NCBI RefSeq assembly: GCF_018350175.1
Contig: NC_058383.1
Location: 19,284,001-19,348,000, forward strand
Length of the DNA: 64,000 bases
Direction of reading: 5' to 3'
Origin: Felis catus
Lineage: Eukaryota
Below, piece by piece: positions 1 to 11,727 of the stretch. The translations under genes were made by a program, and so were the position numbers. Positions within the stretch are counted from its first letter, which is position 1, and every line of letters begins with the position of its first letter. Under the pieces are notes generated by a model. That model saw only the letters and a list, made by a program, of their open reading frames with translations, was not told the DNA's origin and did not search any database.

Positions 1-374
1 CGTCTTGCTGTGTGTGGAGGCCAGTTGCTCTTTGGGCTGTGGCTGCCCCCCGTGGCCCCACCCTGTCGGGTCCTCAAGGAACCTGAAGGTGAGACGGCCT
101 GAGTGTGCTGGGGTCAGGGCCAGACACTGAGGTTTGGGAAGGAAGGAGAGCAGAATGTAGCTGGGTCTAGGGGGTTGGGTCGGGGTGGAGCCAGCTGGCA
201 GGCCGCCCTGGATTCCGGAGGGTGGGCGAGGTGGGGGTGGGTCAGGCAGGTGGAAAATTTGGGAGACGGGCCCTCAAGCCCGGGCCCTATGCTGCCCTGA
301 CCCCCTGGGGACCCTTTGCCCTGTGTCTGGAGCTACCTTTACATCAAGTCCTAGGGCTCAGATGCCTGGGGAAA

Positions 375-500
375 CAGGCCTATTGTAAAGATGAGAGAAC
401 TTAGAGTCACAGAGATGAAGTAACCTGCCCAAGATCACAGAGCTAGCAAATGGCAGAATTGGGGTCTGAACCAGAGCCTCATCTCTTCCCAGAAGGAATT
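375..500 (-). mobile_element. MIR fragment
   Basis: aagtaacctgcccaagatcacagagctagcaaatggcagaattggg is the reverse MIR core. Confidence 0.75.
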
Positions 501-534
501 CTAGAGCTTTCCCCCAAGTAGAGAATGTTCTTTG

Positions 535-1355
535 CCCTTCCATCCACCCATCATTCGTTCATCATCCATCCATTATCCGTCATTTACCCATCATCCATCC
601 ATCCATCGGTCATCTGTCCATCCTTCCTTCCATCCATCCATCATCCGTCCATCCTGCCTTCCATCCATCCATCCATCCATCATCCATCCTTCCATTCATC
701 CTTCCATCCATCCATCCATCCATCCACCCTTCCTTCCTTCCATCCATCCATCATCCATCCATCATCCATCCTTCCATCCATCCTTCCATCCATCCTTCCA
801 TCCATCCATCCATCTATCCTTCCTTTCTTCCTTCCATCCATCCATCCATCCATCCATCCATCATCCATCCTTCCATCTATCCTTCCATCCATCCATCCTT
901 CCTTCCATCCATCCATCCATCCATCCATCCATCTATCCTTCCTTCCTTCCATCCATCCATCCATCATCCATCCTTCCATCCATCCTTCCATCCTTCCATC
1001 CATCCATCCATCCATCCATCTATCCTTCCTTCCTTCCTTCCATCCATCCATCCATCATCCATCCTTCCATCCATCCTTCCATCCATCCATCCTTCCATCC
1101 ATCCTTCCATCCATCCATCCATCCATCCATCTATCCTTCCTTCCTTCCTTCCATCCATCCATCCATCATCCATCCTTCCATCCATCCATCCATCCTTCCA
1201 TCCATCCATCCATCCTTCCATCCATCCATCCTTCCTTCCATCCATCCATCCTTCCTTCCATCCATCCATCCATCCATCCATCCATCCTTCCAGCCATGCA
1301 TCCATCATCCATCTACCAGTTGTCATCCTTCCTGTATCAGACGTTCATCCATCTT
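535..1355. repeat. Long degenerate (CCAT)n/(CCTT)n tetranucleotide microsatellite
   Basis: Directly visible; it generates the spurious HPSI/MDGW ORFs. Confidence 0.98.
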
Positions 1356-1600
1356 CCTTTCAGGTAGGACCCACCCTCATTATTTAATCAGCCGTGTATC
1401 CATCTATCCAATGATATAGCTCATTGTGCCCCTACGATGTGTCAAGGACTGCAGGAGGCACTTGAGATAGGATATTGAGCCATCCAGACAGGGTGTCTGT
1501 CCTCACGGGTGGGCATGACAGATAACCAGACAGATGGTTATTATACGGTGGTGTTGTGGTGCCCGACTCCAGGGCCAGGCAGCCTGGGTTAAAAACAATT

Positions 1601-1832
1601 TATTTATTTATTTATTTTTAATTTTTTTTAACTTTTTATTTATTTTTGAAACAGGGAGAGACAGACCATGAACAGGGGAGGATCAGAGAGAGGGAGACAC
1701 AGAATCTGAAACAGACTCCAGGCTCTGAGCTGTCAGCACAGAGCCCAACGCGGGGCTCGAACTCATGGACTGCGAGATCACGACTCGAGCCGAAGTCGGC
1801 CCGCTTAACCAACTGAGCCGCCCAGGCGCCCC
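1601..1832 (-). mobile_element. Can-SINE (feline type) inserted into the A-tail of the adjacent SINE
   Basis: Reverse complement of ggggcgcctgggcggctcag..., (CT)n region and A-rich tail; TSD aacaattt. Confidence 0.95.
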
Positions 1833-1840
1833 AACAATTT

Positions 1841-2040
1841 TTTTTAATGTTTATTTATTTTTGAGAGAGAGACAGAGTGAGAGTGGGGAAGGGGCAGAGA
1901 GAGAGGGAGACAGAATCTGAAACAGGCTCCGGGCTCTGAGCTGTCAGCACAGGGCCTGATGCGGGGCTCGAACTCATCACGGCGAGATCGTGACCTAGGC
2001 GGAAGTCGGACACTTAACCGACTGAGCCCCCCGGCGCCCC
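1841..2040 (-). mobile_element. Can-SINE
   Basis: Typical head, (CT)n region and tail; outer TSD aggcagcctgggtt at 1577-1590 and 2042-2055. Confidence 0.95.
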
Positions 2041-2055
2041 GAGGCAGCCTGGGTT

Positions 2056-2240
2056 TAGATTCCAGCTCCTCCACGTGAGACCTTAAGCAAGTGACCTAAC
2101 CTCTCTGTGCCTCCTCCCCATGGGCACATGGGGATAATCATCATACCTACCTCTTACAGCTGTCATGAGGGTTAAGTGAGTTAATGCACGTGAAGCACTT
2201 AGAACAGAGCCAGGCACATGGTGAGTGCTTTGTTAGTGTT
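2056..2240 (+). mobile_element. MIR (5' part lies at ~1545-1590)
   Basis: MIR core: accttaagcaagtgacctaacctctctgtgcctc...cacttagaacagagccaggcacatggtgagtgct. Confidence 0.85.
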
Positions 2241-5200
2241 TGCTCTTTTCTCGATGAGGGAAAGTTAGGGGCTGGGGGGGGGGGGTGCCAAAGGCAGCAC
2301 CTGCTAGGGGAGGGAGGAGGAGATGGTGGTCAGGAGGGCTCCGTTGGGAAAAAGAAGGTTGCCTAGATGTCAGGTAGGCAAGACATCCATTCCATGGAGA
2401 GGAAGAAAGCTGGAATGTTCTAGGAACTTTACAACAGTCTAGACGGCAGGTGTGGAGAGAAGGGAGAGCCACGGGGTGTGAGGAGGACGGGGGAGCCAGG
2501 CAGAAGGACACGGAGCCTCCTTAGGAAGCTTGGTGCTTCCTGAGCACCGCACCCCCCCCCCTTATCCTACGATGTTCGAGGGGAGGGAAGAGGGTGGTCT
2601 GGCTTGCACGGTGGCCCCAAGGGATGGGACCATGAGGGCGGATTCAGGAGCTAGTCAGGGGGCAGAAATCAACAGACTGCTGTGGGAGGAAGGGAAAGTT
2701 GGCAAAGACTCTCAGATTTGGGGCTTGGGTCAGGCGCGGGTTCAGTTGAGTCTCAGATCCCAGCAGACACCCGCGCGGAGGTGTGTGCTCATTCATTATG
2801 CATGCGTTGACTAATCACGCGGGCCATTCATTAATCCATTTTCCATTCATTTGGCAAATATTGCAGACCTACTGTGTGGGGCTCTCAGGGAAATGGCTCT
2901 GGGTGGGACATTGGGTCCCCTTACAAAGGTCTTGAACGTCAGGGCAAGGAGTTGGGGCTTTGGCCTCTGGGCAAGGAGACACCACTTGTAGACGTGGGGC
3001 TGGGCCCCCAGGGCACCCGGCATCTTGGGGTCCTTCCTTCTCACCCGAGGTCCTTCTGTCCTTGGCGGCTGGACCACAGACGTCCAGGAGATGATCTGAA
3101 TTGACACGTAGGCAAAATTTCAACCTATTTTAATAGTTGTGTTCATGTACATGTGTATTAGGAAAAAACGTGTAACGGGCACATCGGTGTCACGATCTCA
3201 CAGACGCTGTTGCTTAGGATGAAACCAAAAATAGGCATTTAAGTAAAAAAGACAGAGCTGGCTTGAAGAAAAATATTCAATAAATAATCGTGCAAGTAGT
3301 TTGTGATTATGGTGTGCGGGCGGCTCAAGCCAAGGCCTTTCTTACCCCCTGCACGGGCCAGGAGGCTCACGGGGCCACTCTGGCTTCAAGTCCTCCTCTC
3401 TGTCTGGGCACCTGTTGGGCAGGAGGGGAGAACAGCTGTCTTTCAGGCCCGTGGAGCCTGCAGCAGGAAGGCTGCTGGTGAGATAAAAGGAAGCATTTGC
3501 AGGCGGGCCGGATGCGTGGTCCCAGTGGGTCCCTACCCAGAGTTACTGGGAGGGTTGTGTTCACACAGGGGGCAAATGCCACCGTCTGCCTGAACCTGGG
3601 GGGGGGGGGCGGGGAGGGAGGACCGGGGGGGTGGTTTGAAGGCGGGAAGTGCCCGGATGAGCACGTAGCCGTCTGCCCTGGATGCCTGCGCCCTGCGTCG
3701 CTGGGTCCACACCCCCTGGGCTCACGTGCACACACCAGCATCGTACAAGCTTGAGTCAGCGCTTTGTACGCGCACCCGTACAAGGGGGTCGGCTCGGCAC
3801 CCATCCGTACGTGCGTGTGCCCGCCGGCCCCGAGGCGTGCGCTGGGCCTGGACGCGTCTGGCCCCGTCCCTGTGTCCGCACGTGCCCGGTGCCAGGCCCG
3901 AGGACAAGTCATGCTGGGGAGGCTCATCCCCTTGGAGGAGGTGGCGACAGAGGAAAGTACCAGAGGCTGTGGAGTCGGTTCATATCCCATGACCACCCCC
4001 GACCTGCGGTGGGCCCCCTTCATCTGGGAACTACCGGCTGAACGGCTTCTATGCGCCAGGCATGACGGCGCCCTGGAGCTGCCGCGGTGAGTCAGGAGGA
4101 CCTGATGTTCACCCTCGCGGAGTTTCTATTCCAGTGAGGAGACAGAGACCACTCAAATAATTCTAGCAACAAAAGTATCGCCTCCGAGTGGGGGAAATGC
4201 TATGGAAGCACCCCCAGGGGAGGCCTGGTTTATGCTGGAGCCCTGAGGGTGGGCCTCTCAGGAAGGGCCATTGCAGCAGGGACGGAAGGAAGCCGCCAGG
4301 GAGTTTGGGCAGAAGCCAGAGCCTGTGCAAAGGCCCTGGGGTTGAGAGGAATGCTGGGTGCGGCGCTGTGACAGGACACAGCGCTTGCAGCTCAGGCTGA
4401 GGGCACGAGGTCTGCTGCGGAGCAGTTGGTCGTCGGGGGTCAGAGCCTTCGAGGCGTGTGGGTTATGGCACAAAGTGCGCCCTTCACCTGGAAGGCCACA
4501 GGGAGCCACTGGCAGGAGGCTTTTCAGAGGAGGATGCGGTCAGCTCTGCATCTGGGCAAGTTCCTCCTGGTTGCGCGTGGGGAAGGCCTGGGAGGTGGGG
4601 TGCAAGGCGGGGGCAGGGTGACCAGAGAGGGGACTGCAGCAGGGCCTGGTGGGAGATGGGGTTTAGGCTGCGGTGGCACCGGGGACGAGGTAAGTAGCCA
4701 TAGTGTGGCCTGGGGACGGGTGAGGGCCCGAGGGGCGCCTGGGCTGGGCTGGCTTTTCTCTGCAGCTCCTGTTTGGGCTTTGACGCCGTGCAGGCAGGGA
4801 CACTGTAGGCCCCACGGGGCAGCGGCGGGACTCAGGAACAGGTGTCCTCTGAGTGGCTGAATTAGAAAAATCCGTGACCCCAAACCACCGGAGACGCGGC
4901 CCGAGGCACACGCTTGGGGGGCGGGGCGGGGCTGGAGCTTAGCTCCGCTCACCCGTCGCTCAAGGGCTGTGGGCAGTGAACAAATCGCTCCGCCGCACCG
5001 GTGAACGATCTCGCCGCAGGATTGAGGACAAACTCAGCCCGGCCGGGGACCATCAGTCATGAGGAAAAACCAATCTCCGCCGTGCGGGGATTTACTGCAT
5101 GGACAGACAGGAAATCCCGGCGCGGGACCTCTGCCCTGTCCCCACACAGCCCCGCCCGCCATAGCCGGGTAATTGCTTTTGGGGCCACATTTCGTCGTGG

Positions 5201-5459
5201 ACCGACACCGTCTGAGCCTCTGCCTTAAGGGAGGCCGGTGGCTGGGCTGATGCCAGAGGCCTGGCAGGGGAGTGGGCGGCCACCGGGACGGGTTAGGAAG
5301 GGGGTCTGGTGCGGGAGAAGTGCCATCACCCCAAGCCCCCGTCCTCGGACCCTCCTGATCCCCCTGGAAACCTCCAGGCTGAGTGTGGGTGGCATGGGGG
5401 GGGGTGCAGGCAGGGAGGGTTGGGGAGAGGAGGCCGGGGGTGGAGAGAATGAACAGAGC

Positions 5460-5885
5460 AGGGGCAGGAGCTGGCAGAGGAGGAGGGGGAGGAGGGGGAG
5501 GGGAGGGGGGGGGGGGAGGGGGGAGGGAGAGGGGAGGAGGGACAGGGGAAGGGGGAGGAGAGGGAAGGGAGAAGGGGGAGGGGGAGGGGAGGAGGGGGAG
5601 GGGGAGGAGGAGGGGAAGGAGGAGGCGGCGGGGAGGGGGAGGAGGTGGAAGAGGAGGGGGAGGAGGAGGAGGGGGAGGAGGGGAAGGGGAGGTGGGGGGG
5701 GAGGGAGAGGGGAGGAGGGACAGGGGAAGGGGGAGGAGAGGGAAGGGAGAAGGGGGAGGGGGAGGGGAGGAGGGGGAGGGGGAGGAGGAGGGGAAGGAGG
5801 AGGCGGCGGGGAGGGGGAGGAGGTGGAAGAGGAGGGGGAGGAGGAGGAGGGGGAGGAGGAGGGGGAGGAGGGGAGGAGGAGATGG
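5460..5885. repeat. G/A-rich low-complexity tract with an internal 178-bp-period duplication
   Basis: Almost purely purine; the rare pyrimidines recur at +178 (5543/5721, 5626/5804, 5646/5824). Confidence 0.95.
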
Positions 5886-8524
5886 GCTAAAACATCCGCC
5901 TCTGCTCTAAGGCCATTGCCCCTCGTGGGCCAACCAGCTGAGGCCGGGAGATCGTCCCGAAGGTCTGGAAGGTCAGGTGGAAGGTGGCGCTGAGTGACTC
6001 TGGTGAGGAGCCCGGGCCCCGTGCTGGGCGGCCTTGAAGTCCTGAGCCCCAATGACACGATTTCATTAGGAGAGCCTCAGTTTGCACAGCCGGCAAATGG
6101 GCTTAGTCGTGGGACTTGGCCGGTGTGTCTGCCCTCCGGGAGGTGCTCTAAGGTGCCCAGAGCTCCCCACACAGGCACTGCCGGCCCCCTGCTGTCTGGG
6201 AAGGGAAGCCGAGGGAGGCCGGAGGTGCGGGGGGTGAAGTTGGTATTTTTGTGGTGCTGTCGCGAAAGGTGACTGCCAGAGGTCGGCCTCCGGCAGCGGC
6301 TGTGAGCGGAGCAGTTTCCCGGAGGCTGGGGGCCTGGCGGTGGTGTCACGAACGCCTCGCATCACACGGAGGTCCAGGGATGCGCCCGCGGTGAGCCCCA
6401 CGGCACACGGGGACACGTGACCCGTTGGACGGAGGCCACGTCTGCCTCTTCCGGCCCTGGGCCTGGGCCTGTTACTGACCGGACCCCAGAGGCTTGAGTT
6501 GAGTGGCCCCAGGAGAACCCTCTGGATGGCCAGGCGGCCCGGCTCCCCCCCCCTCCCCCCCCCCCGGGCCCATGGCACCATCACCCGCTCAAGCTCTGGC
6601 GCCTTGCAGGGCTGCGGTGGTGAGGGAAGCAGGCAGGGCCTGACACGGAGGGGCTGTGGGGGTGTGGTGTCCCGGAGAGCCTGTGCCCGGGCTCCAGTGG
6701 CCGTGAGTAATGGGGCCCAGACCCCGCACAGCCACCGGACCCGGGCGGGCTGAGCCGCCAGACCGTGTTCCGCTGTTTCGCTCAGAGGCCAAGTGGGTCC
6801 GGGGCCTCAGAAAGGGACTCTAGGTGGGGTGGGAGGTGAGGCTTGGAGAGGGACCCAGGATGTCGCGGCAAACGCTCCCAGGCGGGGGGCGGCCGCCTCC
6901 TGACTGCGGAAATAGCCCCGGTGGTCTCCTGGGGACCACGTGGGTCCTTCCGAGGTCGTGGGTCCAGGGTCGGAACCATCGGAGACAAATGAACAAACAG
7001 AAGCAGGTCCTCCCCACTGCTGGACAGAGGAGGCAGGTGCCCAGGAGGACAGAGGCCTGCGGGGAGGTTCCTCCGGAGCCCCTGCTGCGCTTCTGGAACT
7101 CTCCTGTCAGCCTCAGCCGAGAGCTGTGACCCACGACGGGGTGCGGGCGTGGCCCCGAGCCCACAGGGATAGCTTTGTGGAAACTTATGCCCGGGGCTGA
7201 ACAGGGACCAGGATTCGCCTCTGTTCTCCCACCGGGGATGCTGGGGGGGGGGGGGGGGGGAGGGGGGACTGTCACCTCCAGCACGCACAGGTCACCGGGC
7301 CAACCCCTGCCTCTGTGCCCAGGGGGGTCTGAGGGCATGATCCCCTCCCTCCTTGGACCTCCCGGGGCGGAACCAGCTGAGGGGCATTCGGGGAGCCACG
7401 GTCTTGGAGGGGGGACTGTGGCTTTCAGGGGGCCCCGGAAGGGAGGGGGCGCTGGCCTTCATGCTGAGGCAGGGAGGGGGCTGGGGTGGAGGGTGGGCTA
7501 CACAAGGCTTGTAACCCGTTCGGCTCGCTTGGCGTGTGCTTGGTGAAGCTGAGCCGACATTTAAAAGTTGGATTTTCGCATTAAAAAAAAATAAAAACAC
7601 CTGGATTTCTGGCTTCTCGTAAAGTCCTTGAAGGCATCTCCGGACCATTGGAGCTGAGACGCGATCACCCCCTAGTCGGGGCCTGCGCTGCCCGGTTAAG
7701 GGGACCCTCCTGGGCCAGCTTTGCTCCCCGATGTCATCAGAGCAGGGCCCCCGGGCCTCCCACCCCACAGGAGTGCCGGAAGGGCTTGCGTGCCCTCCAG
7801 TAGGGGGAGGCTCTCCAACACCGGGTGGCTGGGCAGGGCAGGGCCCCTCTGTCTGGGCAGGAGCTCAGAGGCATGTGGTGGGGGGGGGGGGCTGGTCAGG
7901 GGAGGGGGTGGGGTTTCCGAGGGGCCCCCTGCTCGGCACCAATGCGCTCCCTGGCCCCTGAGCTGTAGCCCAGACACCCGGCCCCCAAATGAGCCTTCTT
8001 CCCCCCGGAGGGCGGCTCTCTCCAGATGCCAAGAGCCGCCAACCAAGGCTCACCTCTGAGGGAAGCAGGGGAGCCGGAGACCACAGGAGGCGGCCCAGGA
8101 GTCTGGCGTTGGGGGGGGGGGGCTTGGCTTCAAGGCTCCACATAAGCCTCGGGGAAACTGCAGGGCCACCTCAGCTCTCCTGGGGCTGTCCCAGGATTTG
8201 CGCGCTGATGGCTTCCAAAGCTGTGGATCTCGGGCAAGCCGCTCAACCGCTCTGTGCCTCAGTTCTCTCATCTGTAAAAGGAGAATCATCATAGCGCCTA
8301 CCCCGTGGGGTTGTTATGTGGATTAAATGAGCGCCGGACACAAAACAACCACTACATACGTGTGGGCTTCTATCGTCTACCCAGGATCATGCCCCCATTT
8401 GCAGGTGGAGACGGGGGGGGGGCGGGGCTCAGAGAGGGGACTTGCCCCGTGCCACTCAGCCAGCCTCAGTTCCTGGAGGCGGCACAGGCTCCCTCCGTCT
8501 GACCCCAAACCCAGCACGTCAGAC

Positions 8525-10084
8525 CAGATTCTTAATAACATCTTTTATTGATTTTGCAAGAGAAAAAAATAGAAATTTATTTTAGAGTTAATGCCTGTAC
8601 AGCTTTTTTTTTTTCTCCCTCCTAAATTGCATGGTGCATACAATTATTATAAACATCAGTGGAGATTCTGGGAGCGTGTGCGCTGCTCGAGCAATCTCCC
8701 CGACAGTCTGACCCGGGCCCCAGCCTCAGGTGGGGACGGGAAGCCGTGACAGCCTTTAAAGTCGTGGCATCTGTTTTGGTCCCTAAGCGCCGGCCTGATC
8801 GGCCCCCGACTCCCCCCAAGCCTCGGCTCTCCTGGGAGCCCACAGGCCCTGGGGGCACCCGCCCCATCTGGGAGGTGAGCAGGGGAGCTGCAGCAGTGAT
8901 GGATCTTCTCCGGGAGAAACAATTCCTTGTCTTCGCATCGGCCCCCTGCTCCAAATGAAAAGCGCATTTGCATAGCTGCTCCGCGGAAGCTGCAAAGCTC
9001 ATAAAGTATCTGCCGGGCTCTCGGTTGCATAGGAACGTACTTCGAGTACAGCGCTGCGGCGGGGCCGGGCTGCGCCCGGAAAACAACGGATTAATATTTG
9101 GAACGAGAAATTACCCACCACTGGGAAACCAATTAGGTCCCTGATCCGGGCTTGTTACATAGATGGAAATAGATGCGTTCTGAGCTCTACTCGGCTGGGG
9201 GTGCAAGGCACATTTCCAACTCGCGGGGAAGCTGCCGGGAGGGGGGAAGGGGTGGGGGCACCAGACACCTCGCTGCCCGCAGGCAAGGGCGCCCGGCACG
9301 GGCGAGATGGGGGGAGGCGAGTGAGAGAAGCCGGTGGTGAGACCGCAGGGATGCGGCCGCCCTCCTCCAGACAGAGTGAAGGGGAAGGGGAGGTGGGCTC
9401 TGGGGCCCGAGGGTGGGGTTGTGGCCCTGGTCCTCGGCCTGCCCTGCGTCTGGAGCCTTCTGGGGCGTGAAGCTGTCCACCCACGGGTCCCACGTGGGCC
9501 TGGCAGCATGGCGGGTAGGCACGGTCCCCTTCCTCTTCCCAGTGAGACACACACGTCCCCGGGGATCCGTCCTCCTTGCCTGGGATGAGTGAGGGGGATG
9601 CAGCAGCCCTGGCTAGACCTTCGGGGGACCAGGGAACTGCCCCACCCTCTCAGCCAGCTGTACCGGCCCCCGGATGAGGGAGGGACATGGGGGGCGGGGA
9701 GCTGCTGGCACCCCTCCCCTTGCTATTGGGGTCTGAGGCCTGACCCCAGGCCCGGGACAGCCACACTCCGTGCTGGGAGCAAGTCCTCCCCGGCCACCCC
9801 ACCATCTGGGCCTGAGCAGGGACAGGCGGGAGGGCGTGTGGCTCTGCTTTGCTGGGTCCTGCGGGAGGGCACCGAGCTGGGTGTCCCAGGAGGGAGCCCC
9901 CGAGCCGCAAGGCGGAGGAAGGCCGTGCCACGCGAGTCCCCTTTCGCGACGGGACTCCTTCTTCCAGCCCCCGGAGTCCAGGCTGCCGAGGCTGAGGTCT
10001 GAGGGCGGGCGACACGGGTGCTGGGCGGGGCTGGTGACAGAGCCCGGCTCCGGTCGGGAGGCCCGGCTCTCCCTCCTCCACCAG
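8525..10084 (-). other. KATNIP: KATNIP 3' UTR (distal end approximate)
   Basis: Runs from the stop codon to an AT-rich block containing poly(A) hexamers. The cleavage site is inferred. Confidence 0.7.
8544..8581 (-). terminator. Two AATAAA polyadenylation signals (8544-8549 and 8576-8581)
   Basis: TTTATT occurs twice on the plus strand, within an AT-rich island ~1.5 kb downstream of the KATNIP stop. Confidence 0.75.
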
Positions 10085-10143
10085 TCAGCACCGCCACCGT
10101 CGCACTGTCTCCTTCTCGCTTATGCAGGTTTTGGGGCGCAGTG
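10085..10143 (-). CDS. KATNIP: KATNIP last exon, coding part (59 nt including TGA)
   Basis: Acceptor cgacag|CA. Encodes (A)LRPKTCISEKETVRRWRC*, matching the KATNIP C-terminus as I recall it (VDPALRPKTC). Confidence 0.93.
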
Positions 10144-10720
10144 CTGTCGGGGAGAGTACAGAGGGGTGGACGTTACCCAGCCTCAGTCACCGAGGGCGGC
10201 CCCACGCCCTGGGGGTGAAGTCCGGACCGTCCTGGTGGCCGGCCCAGGCCACCACCTGCAGCCCCGGAGCCCAGCGCCCGCACGCCGACCCGTCCCCTCC
10301 CCTGCAGCGACTCTGCTGCCTCGCCTCCGGACCTTTGCCACGCTGTCCCCTCTGCCTGGCCAGCTCCCTGTATCTCTTAGGGTGCAGCTCAAACAGCACC
10401 TCCTCTGGGAAGCCCTCGCCCCCGGCAGCCCCCACTGGTTTCCCAGCCGCCTCCATACAGCACGTCTGCCCTTCGGGGCCTTTTCCCTCTGCGCCCCAAG
10501 GGCCTGCCTCCCAGGAAGCCACACCGGGTCACAGGCGCCTGTGGGACGTGGGAAGCACGTTGCCCCTGGGGTTCTGCCCCCACAGCCCCAGCTCAGCCGC
10601 CAGGCGGGCTCCTGGGCGGAGCGGAGGGGTCCGAGGGGCGGGCAGGGGCTGCTGGCTCCCGACCGTTCAGCCTTAACTCCCGAGGGCTACGCTCTGTCTG
10701 GGTCGAGAGGCGACACTGAC

Positions 10721-10809
10721 CTGGGTCAACCGCGCTCTGCTTCCTTTTCGAGTTGGTAATGATTTGGTTTTCGTTCATCATCTGGACGTCCTGATCCTCC
10801 ACCTGATTG
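10721..10809 (-). CDS. KATNIP: KATNIP coding exon (~exon 27), 89 nt
   Basis: Acceptor ccccag|C, donor CCAG|gtcagt. Encodes [29 protein letters not shown]. Confidence 0.93.
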
Positions 10810-10901
10810 CTGGGGGGAGGGAGAGGAAGGAAGGTTCGACCCCTGCCGTCCGTCCCCGTTAGGGCCGGCGGGGGAGGCCGTGGGGCGGGCCTGGGGCGCA
10901 C

Positions 10902-11062
10902 CTGATGGCGGTGCGTTTCTCCTGGCGGCACACGTCTGCGTCCTCGGTGAAGAGGATGGTGTGGTAGGGCAGCGTGGGCTCACACGTGGGCAGGATGCCC
11001 CCCACCAGGTGGCCCACCATGGCCAGGATCCCGTTGTACACAAGCAAGTCGTCCACCAGGAG
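10902..11062 (-). CDS. KATNIP: KATNIP coding exon (~exon 26), 161 nt
   Basis: Acceptor gtccag|CTC, donor AG|gtgcgc. Encodes [53 protein letters not shown](S). Confidence 0.95.
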
Positions 11063-11610
11063 CTGGACAGACAGAGGAGGCGCTGCACCGTGTGGCCGGG
11101 GCGGGGGGGGGGTAGGGACCCCCCCCCCCCCCCACCGCGGCCTCGGGCAAAGCAGGTCACTGCTCCGAGCCTTGCCCGCTAGCCCGGCCCAAGTTATGGG
11201 GTCAGCTCTTTGCAACCCTCGGCCAGACGGGGACGGGGAGGCTTCAAATACCTTTAGCCCACGTGGCCGAGCCGGGAGGCAACTCTGCGCCTCTGGCCCC
11301 CGAGGCCCCGGCTCTCCCGGCCCCAGAGTTGCCTCCCGGCACGAAGAACTCCCTAAACCACTATGACTGGAAAAGACAAGATGAAAGAAAAGCCACTTTC
11401 GGTTGGTTTTTTTTTTTTTCAGGGTGATGATTCAAATCACTCGAGGCGGGTTTTGAATTCACGATGGGACGGCGAATTTCCCTGCATCTGAGGACCAGGC
11501 AGTGGTGTCTAAGGTAGCGACGGAGAGGAGTAAATCAAACGGCGGCGACGAATGGTAATTGCCGGCAGCCTAATTACCAACCAGCATAATTATCTCAAAA
11601 AACCCAGCTA

Positions 11611-11727
<117 letters not shown>

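Noticed and set aside
525..1419. 280-295 aa HPSI-repeat ORFs and the antisense MDGW ORFs
   Set aside because: They are translations of the (CCAT)n microsatellite, with no splice or protein-family support.
5225..6058. Long Pro/Ser-rich and Gly/Arg/Glu-rich ORFs
   Set aside because: They arise from the stop-free polypurine tract.
1..8500. Possible 3' end of GSG1L, the convergent neighbour of KATNIP in human as I recall
   Set aside because: I found no sequence encoding its C-terminus. The plus-strand AATAAA hits (~3279, ~7589) fall in transposon-like sequence.
9770..10759. 329-aa plus-strand ORF antisense to the KATNIP 3' end
   Set aside because: No recognisable domain, non-ATG start, and the length is expected in DNA this GC-rich.
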